64,000 nt of DNA, taken from NCBI GenBank assembly GCA_030265395.1, contig JARFYF010000057.1, positions 21,458,486-21,522,485 of the forward strand, in the 5' to 3' direction. Made by a program: the position numbers and the translations under genes. Source of the stretch: Rhina ancylostomus (Eukaryota). Of the stretch, positions 36,201-50,700 are shown piece after piece. The first letter of the stretch is position 1. Every line of letters begins with the position of its first letter. Under the pieces are notes generated by a model, which made no database searches, was not told where the DNA came from, and was given only the letters and a program-made list of their open reading frames with translations.

Positions 36201-38779
36201 CATAACTTCCAGGAATGGAGAGTGGGGAAGAGTGAAATGCAAAACTATAACATTGTCAAAGGGTGTGAGACTCATTCTAGGCATAGGTTCCAATAACATG
36301 GCGCTTGTTAGTTTAAGACCTTTTGGAACAGTCAATGGAATTACCATGTACTTAATACAAGCAGAAGTCTCTCATTGTATCAAAGTACTAAAAATGCACA
36401 TGTTGAAGCTTAAACTTTATTCTTTTTGTTTTCTGAATTATCTTGTACTTTATGATAGATTTAAGGAGGAAAACTGCAGCTCTATTGAATTGCTGCATGT
36501 TGTAGTGTTTTAAATCCAGAAGTGGGGATTCAAATCCCACCCTGGCAGCTGTGGAACTATGACCACAAAACTACTGATTTGTTATAAAATTCCATCTGGT
36601 TGGCTAATGTCCTTCAGTCGTCTTGCTCATTTTGACTCCAGACCTGTAGCAATGTGGTGGATTCTGAAGTGGCCTAGCAAGCTCGATAGTTTATCGTCAC
36701 ATCAAAGTCTGCAGGAATTCAAGAAAATGGTTTGTCACCATGTCCTTGAGGGTAATTAGGGATGAATAATAAATGCTGGCCTTGTCAATGTTGCCAACAT
36801 CCTGAGAAATTGAATTTTTTTTGAACGTCAAGACGCGAGGGGAGTAACCTGCCTGCCTTGTGCTGCTTTCGTTCTGCATTGTGTTTGATCTGTAGTTCAA
36901 TATGGTGTGTGTAAGAGACATTTTGCTTGGTTCCAAATTACAAGCCCAGCCTTCTTAACCCATGAGCTTCAGTTATTTGCTACTGCTTTTAGAATTCGTG
37001 CATGGATACAAGAAGAAATCCAGTCACCAAAGATCTCCCAGGTTTACTCAGACTTTTAGAAAACAGTACAAAACATGGGAACTATGCAGGCTAATTAAGA
37101 TAACATCAAATGATGTGAAGAGAGGTGACTAAATATTTTAAGATTGCATTCCACTGTAACAACATCTGTTGAGTGACCTTGTTTGTCAGTGTATGGTTGC
37201 CATTTTGATTGCCGTTTGCACAGTTACCGAGGTAATTCTTCTTGGAGCAGATGCTGGTTGTCATTTCACAAGAATGTTAAAATGAAGGGTTGTAAGAAAT
37301 TCGTAAGATGCTATTAATCAGATTTGTGCCATGAAAAGGCCAAGGTAGTCTCACTTCATCACTGTACTATGTAAGATTTATGATTGCTACTGTAATTTTA
37401 ATCTTATTGTGAAGGTGTTGGGACAATTATTGAATCTTTGCTGCTTTCCCCTGCTAACTCTCAATAAGAAGGTGTGCATATTTAGGCAAAACACTAACCT
37501 GGGTTGCTAATTTTTCAAGGAGGGAGGCAGCATTGATGAGACCAAAAGAAACTTGTGGTTAGTGGGGGGAAATTGGAGCACCCGTGTTTGCATTTTTCTT
37601 GAATAAAGTATTCAGAGATAGGCTTGGATGTTGAAAATTTGGTATGGTGGCTGAAATCTGTTCTTGCCTTACTTTATTAATGACTTTTAACTCTCAGTCC
37701 AGAAATGTGTTTTGCTCAGAGATGAACAGTTTTTGTATTTGGGTCTTTTTAATCTAAACTTTAGTCCATGGACTTGATTTAATTGTGTGGTGCAAGATTA
37801 TTAAAAGGCTGTGGATTCTTCACGCGAAGCTGTGCCATTTGGTCTAATTGCTTGATGCATTACCTCATTCCACAGGAAATAGAATTTGGGTCTTGGCTTC
37901 TGGGTGGATATGTTTGGATTATCAATTTGAAGGAAAGGTTTAATGCCAAGTGAATTACAAATATCCTCGTGCCTAAAGTGTGCAGGCTTGATTCTGTCCC
38001 TAAGGTTTTGGAAATCCCCAGTTTGAAGGGAAAACCTAAGCTGTACTATAGTACACTAGGCTCCTTGAAATATGGATCATGTATAGGATTTAAGTGCAAG
38101 TTGGCTTCAAATTGCTAAGGAGAAAATTGCATCCCATTAGAGGCCAGACAGTAGTGTAATGTCACTGTTAAATGGAGAGTTAAAATTATTGGGTTGTGGA
38201 AGCTGCCACTGGTTTTCCATGGTGAGCCTGGTATGATTCTACCTGTCCAACACAGCCTTGCCAGACGAGAGCACTGGTCACAGAATCACATGCAGAATGT
38301 TAAATGACTTGTCTGGAGCCGACACACCCTACTCCTTCCATCCTGACCAGTGAATTAATTGCTATGTCGCAGTTTGACTTAATATCCTGATTTAGTATTA
38401 TAGTTGGGTTGGTTTTTAGGTAGTTGTAGTGTAAACTGATCCCCTTTTGAGATGTTTTCCACACTGGATTTGTAGAGAGGAAAAGCCTTTATTTCCTCGC
38501 CCCCAACCCTGTTCTCCCATGACCCATCAGTAATAGCACACTAAGAGGCAATGGTGCAAGTGACTGTCCTATCAGTCTATGAATGTTAACTGTGATACTA
38601 AGACCACTTTGGACCTAAAAAGGAGATCAAGTAATTTCTAAAGCAGTGGCATTCTAAAGAGACTTCAAGTTCTTGAACATTGTTTTAAAAATATCAGAAA
38701 GATAAGTAAAATAATTATTTGAAAGGCTGGTTTCCATGTTGAATGGACTTAGGGTATGGGGGGCAGGGGGTGTGGAAGT

Positions 38780-39260
38780 TCAGCTCTCGAAGCCCATACC
38801 TCGGGCTAGGGCAGTTCTGGGTATAATATTGGGAAGGAAATTTTGCTCTTGGAGGGAATGCAGTGTAGATTTCCAGAAGTGATAACTGAATGTTGAGGAT
38901 TAAGTTATGCAGTAGGATTCTACAAACTAGAATTATATCTGGGATTTGGAATTATTTGATCTTATTTTCAAGACCTTGATGTTAACTGATAGCAAGGATA
39001 GAAATTGTTTTTGCTGTTTGGAGGAGTCCAAGGCGAAGAAAATTAGCCTTAAAAAATTTAAGCTCAGCCTTCATGGAATAGAATTGGGAAACTGATGTAT
39101 GTGCAATGGGTAGAAAAGTTCAAAACTATTGCAGATAGTAATTGATGCTATGAACTGTTAACTTTTGCATCAAAAATGGACGTTTTTAACCAAAGGTTTA
39201 TGGGCATGATATGGAGTTGTCTTTGATCAGCTATGAATTAAAGAAAGCCTTTCCTATTTC
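38780..39260 (+). mobile_element. Old CR1 3' remnant
   Basis: TTGGAGGGAATGCAGTGTAGATT..TTAAGTTATG pattern (LE.VQRRF..LSY), highly decayed. Confidence 0.55.
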
Positions 39261-42200
39261 AATTCTATTTTGACAATGTGATTACAAAGCCAAAGCAGTT
39301 CTGGAGTTAAATCAATGTATTATTTATACTGGATTAAAGCTTATTAATGCAGCCTATTGAAGGCATTCATTTCAAATGAGACTAGCATTAGTGTAAATCA
39401 ATGATTGCAATCAATGCTTTCTGTCCTTTTAAAACGATAATGATGGAAATAAACTCAACAGCGAAATTAAAATCAGAATTAACCACAAAGCTTTAGTGAG
39501 CGATTTGCTGAATTCTTTAAGTACTTGCATTCCAGACTTAGCTGACCCTTGAACTCTTTCCTCATTTGTTAACCATGCCCAGTTTAGGTCACTTGACAGT
39601 TTGCTGTGCTTGTTGTTGGGGTTATGGAGGTTGGCAAAATATTTCTAGCTCTACTCAGTGGGTTTTCACAAAGTTTGTTTTAAAAAAAACACTTGCAATG
39701 TGAATCACATTGATTGCAACTGTAGAGAACTGTCATAGCACTATCCTTGTAGACTGAGGAAGCATGAAGGTTACTTGCACTACAGGCAGATGAGTATTTA
39801 AAAACTGGAGGTGGAACACCGATCAAGTGAGGTGGTAGGGTTTGGATATGAAAGACTATCAGATATGAATATGAATGTTAGGAGGGATGCTTAAAAAAAT
39901 TCAGTTGAAATTGAATGGGGAAATTAATTTAAGCATAATTTTAATAAACTAATGCTTTCAACATGATTTTTAAATTGTTCTTAACTGAAGATGCCACATC
40001 CCCATTATGATAGAAGGAATTTTCAAGCTTGAATAAAGGCCATCCTTGTGGAAAATCCTCCAAGTAACTAGTAAAAACACAAAATGTATCTTTGGAGAGG
40101 GAAAAATGGAAATTAATTTCCTCAGAACTAGGAATAATGAGGAGAAAGTTTTAATAAGCAGAGAAAAGTTAGTGGAGAGAAGAACCAAAGAGGATATGTG
40201 ATAGGGAGGAAAGCAGAAATTATGTAGAGAATTCAATTGATAGGCAATGAGAGGCTCAAATGCACTTTCAAATCAAATGGGGGTATTAGCAAAATCTGTA
40301 TTTTTGGTTACAACTTTGCTTGACATCTCTATTCAGTCAGCAAGGATCCAGTATTCAATTTGGGGGGGGGGGTGGGATTGCATTCACTGCTCATGATGTG
40401 GTCTCCTTTACCAATGTGGAGGAAAGCACGTTGTAATAATTAAGTGTCGTACGCTAAAATGGAAGAAGTAAAAGTGAATTGCTGCTTCACTGAAGGAGTG
40501 TTTGGGTGCCTGGATGGTGTGAAAGGTAGGGAGGCAGGTGTTGCAGCTTTTGTGGTTGTATCAAAGAGTCCTGTGAACTGGTCAGTGGGCATTCGTGGAG
40601 TTAAAGTGAATTGGGGAATCATGCAGGGAAAAATTCCTCTAGAAGGGGAGCAGAAGATGGCCTCAGAGTCCTGCAAATGGGACACTTGAATGCTCAAACA
40701 ATTGCCTTCACAGACCTGTAGTGTTCTGAGCCTGTTTAAGAAGATATTAAAAAGTTGCATTCACTTTGTAAATGGCAGCAATCGCATTAGTATTGCAGAA
40801 CAGCTAAGCAAGCTATACTTGGGAGTGTGAATTCCTTTGTTTGATTTAGCAGGTGATTTTTATTCAAGTGGCTAGAGTTTGACATTACCACATAACAGCA
40901 TCTGTTAAGGCAGACTCTGATTGTAATCATAATGCTGCTTCCAGCACCAGGAGAAAAGATATGAACATTGGACTTAAAGGTTATTTAAAGGTTACTGATG
41001 ATATTGATTTCAATTCTTATAAATAATGAATATGAGCATAGTTCAGAGTTATGTATTTCTTGTGTGCTAAAGATGAGTGAACCAGGCTGGGTTAAGGTAT
41101 CTATAGCACAGACCTTTATGTCCTTTCCTCATTATTATTTCCCTATTCTTTCCCTCTGCTTTTCTGTCCTCTACTCTCTTCTATTCATTCCTTTTTTGCT
41201 ATCTACTTGTCTCTGGACTAGTTTGAAGAACAGGAGTTATCCCCAGTGTTTAGGCCAATGTCTACCCATTAGTTAATTCTTTTTTTTTAAATGGTCGTTA
41301 TCACATTGCAACCATATCTGTGCAAATTGACTGCTGTGTTTCCAACATTACTGTGGTTCAAAACTACTTCAAGCTTTGGAAAGGGGCAATGTAAATGCAA
41401 GGATTTTTGATGCTCACATGCAAATGACTAATTTTAGTGCTTGGGATTCTATCGTTGCTTATGTCAATTTTAAATGCAACATCCTACCTCACTCCAATTG
41501 TTTTGTGAGTCCTTGACATCTGTACCTGTTATCCCCCTCCAGTGTGCAATTAATGCTACTCCAAGCTGTTGATCTGATACTTAGTTGGCCCAAATGAAAT
41601 CTTCCTGCACAATTTCCTCTATACCCTCTGTTAAAATGTTTGCTTGATTTGTTCAAATAAAGTTGCCAATCCCTGTTATAAACATAACACAGCAGAGCAG
41701 GCTTGTGGATTGAAATCTAAAGTATTTTTCTACATTGCTGCAGTCCTCTGAATTTGCACTGGCGCTCAAATGTTGTCTGGAATCTTTGGTCAGACTCTGA
41801 AGAATGGTGGCTTCTGCTGAAAGATTAAAACCAAGGGTTCAATATGTATATTTTTTTAAAGAATGGCAAGGTTGAATACAAGTTCATGCATAGTGTGTGA
41901 ATGTGGTGTTCTCTTAGCCATTCAAAATGTGATGGGTCTGATGTTCATTATACCTCTGTCCTTGAAAGCTTCCTCAAAATGGATCTCCACAGCTGAGCTT
42001 TTAAGCATCAGTACTGATCTTCTGTACCTTGGAGGCAAATAGTCAAATCTTGATAGATTTGTACTCTTGGGAAGGACTTCAGCTTGTCATGCTGATTTGC
42101 ATGGACTTGATGCATGTTGTTCCTAGTCTACAGATTAATGGTGCACATGCCATCTGTGCAACCTCTGAACTTCGAAAATTTGGTAAGTGTGCACGACTTG

Positions 42201-44410
42201 TTTTTGGTAAATTGAAAATGAAGTTTACAAAGTGAGATGAGCATAGGAGTCATCAGAGAAAGAAATAATTAGATCCTGAAAAAAAGGAGAATTGGAATTA
42301 ATTTGGATGAAATTAAGATGGGCTGAATTGCAGCTTTCATATTGGGAGCTGGAAGAAAGTTACCTGTCCAATGACAAACTACGTGGAAAATTGAGGTGGG
42401 TTTAAATGTTCAAAAGAAATAGTTGTCTGACTTAGCAGCGCTTAAAGAAGGGTTTGCTGTAGGCATAGTGGGGCAAAGATAGCATTTCTGCTAAATGTTG
42501 TCCTGCCATGTACTTGTGACAGTTTATCCTTGAGGATCTTATCTCACTAATGGATTCATAGAATAACTGAGTTCGTTTGGCCTGTCAGGAACTTTGCCCA
42601 AGTAACCCATGCACTCTCCAGATCTGAACCACGATTTTAATACTTCAATCCAATCTTCTCAACTTTCTGTACTTTTAAAGTAAACCTCCTCGGCTGCTCT
42701 AATCCTCAATAGGTTACCACAGGACTGTTCCAGATGCAGGACCAGGACTAGGTTCTTGCAGCCGCCATGTATGTGATATTTTCCCTTCTCCCACTCGTCC
42801 TTGAATATAAAAGCTGTCGTTTTAAGTGTTTGCTTCATGAATATCCTCCCATCCAATGTATCCATTGCTTGGTTTTCCCTGTTCCCTCCTTTCTTTTGGC
42901 TCCCTTATGACTTCCCCAAAATATAATAAAATTCTGTAAAATGTTCCCTCTCTGAAGAGTGCTGTGTGAGTATAAAGCGGTGCTTTATCTGGATTGTTAT
43001 GTTGTGTTTCATCGCTAATGGCAGCATAATGCACTTGGACCTGGGAGTATTGCTCAGTGCTGAGCTGTGACATCAATCCTTCACAAATATAGACCTGTAT
43101 AAGATGATCAGCTCTTTTTTTTAACCAATTGAGGCTTATCCTCAGAAGTTATGATGTTGTGGGCTGGTAACCATAGCGATGTCACCAATAATCCTGTTGC
43201 CATTCTTTCCCCAAAAGTGTGCTGCAGCAGCAGCTGAAGATGCAGACTCGTGAGTTTACTTGGCTTATAATCAGACCCTTAAATGGCAGGAGTACTACCA
43301 CAGATTCTCTCTTTGGAATGAATTAAGAATTAGTTTTCTGTCATAACTGTCCTTTTTAAAGAAAAAACAAAATGTGCTTCAGACTATAACTATGAGCTAC
43401 AACTTCAGAGTAGCTGTGAACAGGATAATGAAACAAATCTTGGGTGTTCACTTGAACACTGACACCTTTCATCTCTAGCTTTCTCAAATTTAAAGAAAAT
43501 TTACTTGTGTACCTCAATTTAACTTGGATTCTGTTTCTGTGTGGTCAATGAGTGCTGACAGCACTATTCCGAAGGACCAGCTGAGAGTAATTAATGAGCT
43601 GAGTGGATCATTGAAATTGACTTGACTGAAGCACTCTGGGCTAATCACTTGTCTCTACTTAAACTAATTCACCACTCTCGTTATATTGGGTTTAGTGACT
43701 CCTCCTCGACAATTCCTTCAATGGCATCACCTGTCACTGTATCTGTAACAGATATGGGAAATCGAGGCAGGCAAAAATGTTAAACTGGACACATGGGCAA
43801 GAAATGAACACATGGGTTCAAACTGCCAAACCTCCTGGGTTGCCTTCCTGCAGGCATTACAAAAGATTAATCTCCAGGCACTGCAGTGAGCAATTGGAGT
43901 TTTGAATATTTTTTTCATTGAATACCTATTTATTAATCAAAGTGGAAGGAATGTAATTAAGACTGACTGTAGTTGGGAGTCGATAGTTATGTAATGTCTT
44001 TCATGAATGTTTACCAAGAGTTGCCACTTCTGTATTTGGAAGAAAAAGATGGGGGTTGATGCTTTTAGAGAAGTGGAAAAACTCTTCCCTTTTGTTATCT
44101 AATGAACTTGGATGTGAGTTAACTTGAAGCACCAAGTAAATTTTGTGGTTGAGATGCAGTGGGTTCATTCATGCATTGGAATATAAACCTATTTCTGTTC
44201 ACCTGGACCCATGCTTCCTTCAGGTTCGGCTGTTTTCCTGTGTAAATGTTTTAACAAAGGCTAGTGTGCTATTATCAGGGAATAACATTTAGAAATCAAC
44301 TGCATTGGCTCTATAGTGAAGAGAATGCAAGTTTAAGCTAGAGGAAGATGAACTATTACCTGCTAAATTGGTCCTCTTTCTCCAACTTCCACTTCTCCCT
44401 CCCTTCACAC

Positions 44411-44444
<34 letters not shown>

Positions 44445-46653
44445 NNNNNNNNNNATGCTATTATATCGGCTTGCTTCCAGGAGTGGAGGGGGGGGGGAGT
44501 GTTAAATATAACATCAGTGAACAATTTTTAACAAATTCAAATCTGTAGAAATCATGAGAGGGAAGTATTTTAGTAATTTGTCAGAGCCCGTTTTACTTTG
44601 GTCCTGTGCAATGCATTGAACCTATTCATTAAAACACAGCCCTTCATTTCACTATCAAAGGTCATGTGAGACTAATACTTTGAAGTGGTAATGCCTTAAA
44701 TCTTGTTGGAAGTGACTGGAGGCCATTTGTATTCCAGAATCCTATTTGTTTTGCGTTGTTTGAAGCCTTTAATGTCCAGTTGTTCTTCAGTAATGCATGA
44801 GACATTCAAATCTAAATTGTGTTCTGGACGTATGGATGGAAAACAACTGGACGGCTTGCTTGTCATAGTCTGAGCTTTTAAGCTAGCTTGTTGATACTTA
44901 AATATGGCTGATTACATTTAATGCTTCAAGCCTGTGTGATGACAGCCTTGCAAGGCTTTTTGTGGAAGTTCTGCTGAAAACCAGAAATGGCTAATGCTAA
45001 TTTTGGATAAAGCTTTGGGTTATCTTCCATTGCATGCAGCACTATGCTGGAGTTGTTTCCTAGCTCACCATCTTATTGGTTGTTTTCTACCTTGCACTTT
45101 GGAAATTCCTTACTGAGCTGCAACAATGAACCTCACTTGCATTCTCTGCCAGCACTAGACTACATTCCAAGCAATGTACCTTGGCCTGATTGGAAAGTCT
45201 TGCATCAGGGCCAATGTAACCAATCTTTGTCTCTCCCATGACACAGTTATCTTGCCCAAAAAGTGCATGTGGTAATCTTGGATTTAGTAATATTAATGCA
45301 GCTGAATATCCTGAGGTACTGGTGACCATGCTGCTCGGATGCATGAAATATTCTTGGGTTTGTCCACCTGGGAGCGGAGGAAGGAGCTGCAGGGGGGAAT
45401 GCTTTCTTTGGTCAGCTGTTGAACAGAACAGGCTGGCTACTGACCTTTTGGCCTTCTCAGTTAAGCTGTGAGCTGAGGAGGACTAATGGATTGGGTGAAC
45501 GTGGGAATGCTGTGTCTAAGTTCCAAGGGTGGATTTTGTACTTTAATCCACCAAATCTAAATTCGGNNNNNNNNNNNNNNNNNNNNNNNNNNNNNNNNNN
45601 NNNNNNNNNNNNNNNNNNNNNNNNNNNNNNNNNNNNNNNNNNNNNNNNNNNNNNNNNNNNNNNNNNATCCACCAAATCTAACTTCGGTGGCAAACCAGCT
45701 CATTTTCTTGGAGCGTTGCATGTTATTGATTGTTGCTCTTTAATGTTGTTCTTCTCTAGAGCATGGTTGGAGTTTCCATGAGCTCTGTCCAGAAAGGCAG
45801 TGACGAACTCTATAAAATATTTCCCCAAACTTGAAGGTGTTGCATGCATTGTAAGAGACATTTTTGAAAGTGTATTGATCCCAGTGATGTAGTATCTGTT
45901 GGCAGACTCAGAAGGTCATGGGTTGCATCCTGACCTGTTAACTGAGCTGATCTTGCTGAAGCTGGCAGTGATGATGTTATGATCGGCTTTGCATCTGTCT
46001 GGAGAGTGGTGTCAGCCAGGGTACCTACGATTTGCTGATGAAATGCCTTTACTAGAAGGTATGTGTGCAAGCATTGAGTGATGACTAAAGTGCTTCTCTA
46101 ATTCTAATCTTGAAGTTGAGTAATTTTATCACTCACTGTGTAGTTTATGGACACAGTCAAGTCATAGCGACAGGTACTTGTCTCTGCTGCACCCACACAT
46201 AGCAAGAAATCTAAACCTTCTGGACCACAGAAAGCCATGAAAATACTGACAGTGAAAATGGGAAATAAAAATCTGTCATTGGAGGGGTGAGGATGAGATT
46301 TGATGCAGTCACAAAAATTACTTTGAAGACTGAGCAAAGCTGGAGGCTAAGCACAGAACACTGCTCCTCGCATTAGAGGCTGGAGAAGACCAGACTCAGT
46401 GACAGGCATGTTAATGAAATTTCCTCAGTTGTTCACAGTGCTATTCCTTTGAGATTAGAAAATCAAGCAACCAGCATCAACAAGTCTTAAACAAGTCTTC
46501 TGTGGTGCATTTTTACAATTATGTTCCCATTAAGCAACCATCCGTAACTCCGATCTGCACCTGTATTCTACACGTGCATGATGGTGTGACTAATTTTATT
46601 GCAAGTCATTTTGTCTCTTAATTAACTTTCTTTTTCTTTTTCCTTTACAAAAG

Positions 46654-46751
46654 GCTCCATCACAATCAGCACAACAGTTGAAGTTTACTACCTCTGACTC
46701 CTGTGATCGAATCAAAGATGAGTTTCAGTTTCTGCAAGCCCAGTATCACAG
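46654..46751 (+). CDS. TLE5: TLE5/AES-like coding exon 2 (Q domain)
   Basis: Polypyrimidine tract with AAG acceptor; 98 nt = [32 protein letters not shown](S); donor GTAATG; [16 protein letters not shown] is the AES/TLE5 signature. Confidence 0.95.
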
Positions 46752-47149
46752 GTAATGAGACTTTCTTGAATTGGAGGCTGCGTGTCAGGCATGCATATTA
46801 CTAGAAACCATTTCACTTCAGGGTAATAAATGGCAGTGTATAGTAAGTATTGAAAGGTGAAAGTTGCAATTCATTTCNNNNNNNNNNNNNNNNNNNNNNN
46901 NNNNNNNNNNNNNNNNNTATTAATGCCCGAATCGAAGGCAGCTTTTTGAATGATGGTTTATTCAGCAAGTATTAGTTTATTAGACATTAGTAGTTCAGCT
47001 GTGTGAGAACTGTGCATACTGAAATAAAACAAAATTGCTGGAAACCGTCAGCAGAGCAGATAGAGTTGCTGTTTCAGTTTGAAGGCCAGCAAGTACAGAT
47101 TTTTGATTTTGCTAACTGGACACTCTGACATAGGGGAGTGCTGAGTGTA

Positions 47150-47385
47150 CACAGGAAGACCCGAGGGGGAAATTCTTTGCGCAGAGGTAGTGCATATGGA
47201 GAATGAACTGCTAGAGAAGGTAGTTGAGGCAGGTATAATATCATTCAAAAGACATTAGGGCAAGTATATGGATAGGAATATGGGCCAAGCATGGGCTAAT
47301 GGGACTAGCTTTGGTGGGCACCTTGGTTGGCATGGATAAGTTGGGCTGAAGGGCCTGTTTCCATGCTGTATTACTCTATGACACT
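47150..47385 (+). mobile_element. CR1 3' end
   Basis: GTAGTTGAGGCAGGTATAAT..GGGCTGAAGGGCCTGTTTCCATGCTGTATTACTCTATGAC. Confidence 0.85.
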
Positions 47386-47394
47386 ATAAATGAG

Positions 47395-47700
47395 CAGCTC
47401 AATGGCATAGTTAGTATGTCCCTTCAATGCCAGACTGCTGGTTGAATCCTGACCTTGGATGCTATCTGTGTGGGGTTTACATGTTTTTCCTCTGACTGTT
47501 TGGGTTTCCTGCCAGTGCTCGAATTTTCTCTTTCGTCCGAAAGATGTACATGTTCATAACTTAATTGACCACTGCAAATTGTCACAAGTGTGTAGGCGAA
47601 TGGTAGAATTTTAAGCAAACATTAATTAATAAATGGATGGTTGGCATGAACACAGTGGGCTGAAGGATCTGTTTCTGTACCATTTCTCTAATTCTATAAT
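47395..47700 (+). mobile_element. V-SINE, degenerate
   Basis: GGTTGAATCCTGACCTTGGATGCTATCTGTGTGGGGTTT..GGGCTGAAGGATCTGTTTCTGT. Confidence 0.7.
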
Positions 47701-50700
47701 GGTTCAGATACCATGCTTTCAATGCAGAATCACAACGATAAATTATGAAATTGGCTTTAGTTTCTAAACTGGTGCCAGTTTGGAAAATCAGTTGGAAATT
47801 TTTTCGATGTTTTCCAGAGAATGGAATATTGTTAGCTCTGTGTACTCTTTTGACTTGCAGACAACTCCAGTTCCACACTCTTGTACAAAAACAGAAAATG
47901 GCAGAAATGTTTAGCTGGTCAGGCAGCATCTGCGAAAAGAATCGGTTAATGTTTCCGGTTGAGGACCCTTCCGTAGAGGAAAGGACAATGTTCATGTGGT
48001 TGTCATTGTGACCAGTTAAATGTAGTTTTGAATGAGATCTGATGTGGGCTTCAAGTCCAATAAATTTCTTGTTTTGGTCTTTAGGTCAGTTGAGCAACAG
48101 CTGGTGAGACTTTAGGAAGAATTGGACTTAAATTTTGCCACTTAAGTACTGTAATTCAGGTTAATCTGCTCTGTTGCTACAATGCCTACTGTGGTTAATA
48201 ATATTTCTTGTATGTCTCTTACCACAGTGTACGTTAGAGAGCTTACATCAGAACTCTGAATCTCAGAGACATAGAGCTATCCAGTATGGAAACAGCCCTT
48301 CAGCCCAACTTGTCTGTGACCTACCTGAGCTAGTCCTGTTTGGCCCATATCCCTCTAAACCTTTCCTACATTTGGAACTGTCCAAGTGCTTTTAAAATCT
48401 GGCACTTTTGGTATTATGCTAGTACCAGACTAGCAGACTTTCTGGACTGTTGCTTTAATAACCAAACACGCTGATTTTGCTTGCTTTGGCATGCTGTGCA
48501 ATAGTATAACTTTTTTCTAGTGAATCCTGTCAATTTATAGGGAGCAGGCAAAATGCAAGCAGGGTGAGCTCTGGCCCCAAACTTGTGGATTATCATGAGT
48601 TTTACTGTATTTTCCTCAGCAATATTGGGTTGAACAATAAAAAAGCCAAAGAACATTTTAAGCATGTTGATCCTTTAAGCTGTTCAAAGATTGTAATTTG
48701 GTAGGGCTTTTGTCTTTGGGGAAAAAAAGGTCTTGATTATTTTTTTTTGATAGAACCTTTTGATACCTGCAGGTTGTCCCTAAATGCTTTGCAACCATTG
48801 AAATACATTTGGAAGTGCAGTTACTGTTGGGGGAAAAATCCGTAGCCAATTTTTGCACAAGCTCTCAATGTGACAATGACCTGATAATCTAATAGGGTAC
48901 ATTGCCTTGTTCAACATATTTCCCATTGATTTACAGAAACAGAATTATTCAGATTTCTCCATTTCTTGTGTCATTGGCTCTGGGTTGCAAGATTGGAATT
49001 AGCTGGCATATACTGAGTAGTGTCTTGAAATGCTAGATTGAGTTGAAGATAGCTTTCATGATTTCTGCTCTTGTTAATTTAAAAATATATGGTGGCTTTG
49101 AGATGACTGGTCGAGAAGTTTTCATTCACCACCTACTAACCCTTGAGATGTGCCTCGCTGTCTAAAGGGCTTTGACTCTGTGCTCCAGGATGTGCTTATA
49201 GCCTGGAGCTGAAGTGTACAACCAGCAAAAGGCATGCTGTAAATATCCATTGATCTGTGGTCCTTTTCCTAGTCTCCCCTGCCAGTGGAACATGTGTATT
49301 GATAATATCTTTTGAGAAATACCATGGTCCTATTATTATGCATCTCCCCAGTAGATATTCTTTAGAACCAGTTTTCTTTTCCCATCCAAGGAATATGTAC
49401 ATTATTACAAATGCAGGAAATCCTCTTATTATAATATCGCCTAATATTTTTAAAATCTTCTCATCTGTGCCAGTGATGTGAGATGCCTTGTGACCCTCCA
49501 AATGAGGTTTTCCCTTAGTTATTGAGTTGATCTTCAGTGTGAACCAACTTGTTAGTGAACCTATTGAAGCGGAATCTGTCGTCCCTATAACTTCCTAACT
49601 ATAATTTGATTTGCTTATTCTCCTCATCATTCATTATTCAATGCAGGCCTGTCCTTGTGGTTGAATAAGCTGGGGGTGAATGCAATACTTCCTCCAGATT
49701 GATCATGATTAGGATTTTTAATTTTCACATTTAACAAATTAAAAACCAAAGAAATGCCCCTGAATGCTGACGTGTGAAAAATATTTTTTTTTCAACTTGT
49801 AAAATTTCTTGGAGCAACAAAGGTTAAAGAAAAATGTAAATTCTATGCAGTTCAGAATGCTGGTTATGGTTTTCAAAACCTGTGTATAAACTGACCATTC
49901 CCATTCTTCCAGTGATCAATGGTGAATGATAAAAGTGGCACAAATAAAAAAAAATAAGGTTAAAAGCTGTGCATTATTATATGAAAAAGAATTAAGATCT
50001 TGTCAAAGAAATAAATATGGATTCATAACTGCTAAAAAGACAAGTGGATTGATTTCTATGGTAAACTGTCAGTGGGATTTGAGAGCACCTACACAATGTA
50101 TCACACCAAAAAACAGTTTTAAATTCTGTGGCAGTACTGTTTTTTTTCACTAAATGAGAAAGAGGAGGACATAGATAAATTTGGTTGCCCAATGGTGATG
50201 TTGGATCAAGTGACTGCATCCCTTGGAGTTGCTCTCACCACAGGATCTCTGGCAAAATTCTGCCAGCTTTAGATAAGAGTATTTGCAGCTTTCACAGATG
50301 ATGCATTACATTGATGAATAATAAAGCAAGAGTTTCCCCTGCTGAAAAGCCTGAAATGTCCAACTGTAATATTTTATTTCTGTGGTAAACTGCCATAGAT
50401 GAATACTTAGTTATGAAAACTGCAAATATGCAATTCTTTCTCTAATGATGTTGCACATAAGTTCTCAACACTTTCCCCATACTGTGCCCATGGAGATTTC
50501 TATTGGAAATTTTTGGACCAAAGTGTTGTAATAACTAAAATCACCCAAATTTGTCAAACACTCCAAATTGAACCATAAGTTGTTCAAGTCAGGGTTGATT
50601 TTTGTATGTACAGCTTAGCAACAAAATGTCTTGTCTTGAAGTGAGCTATTTCATATAATATGACTTTATTATCAGGCATAGTAACAAAGGGCCAATTGCC

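Noticed and set aside
39696-39712. Inverted repeat CAATGTGA-A-TCACATTG (paired SOX-like)
   Set aside because: An 8-bp arm palindrome is expected by chance in 64 kb.
44395-44500. Poly-C run (polyproline ORF) and nearby G tract
   Set aside because: The homopolymer abuts a 10-N gap, so its length is unreliable; no coding evidence.
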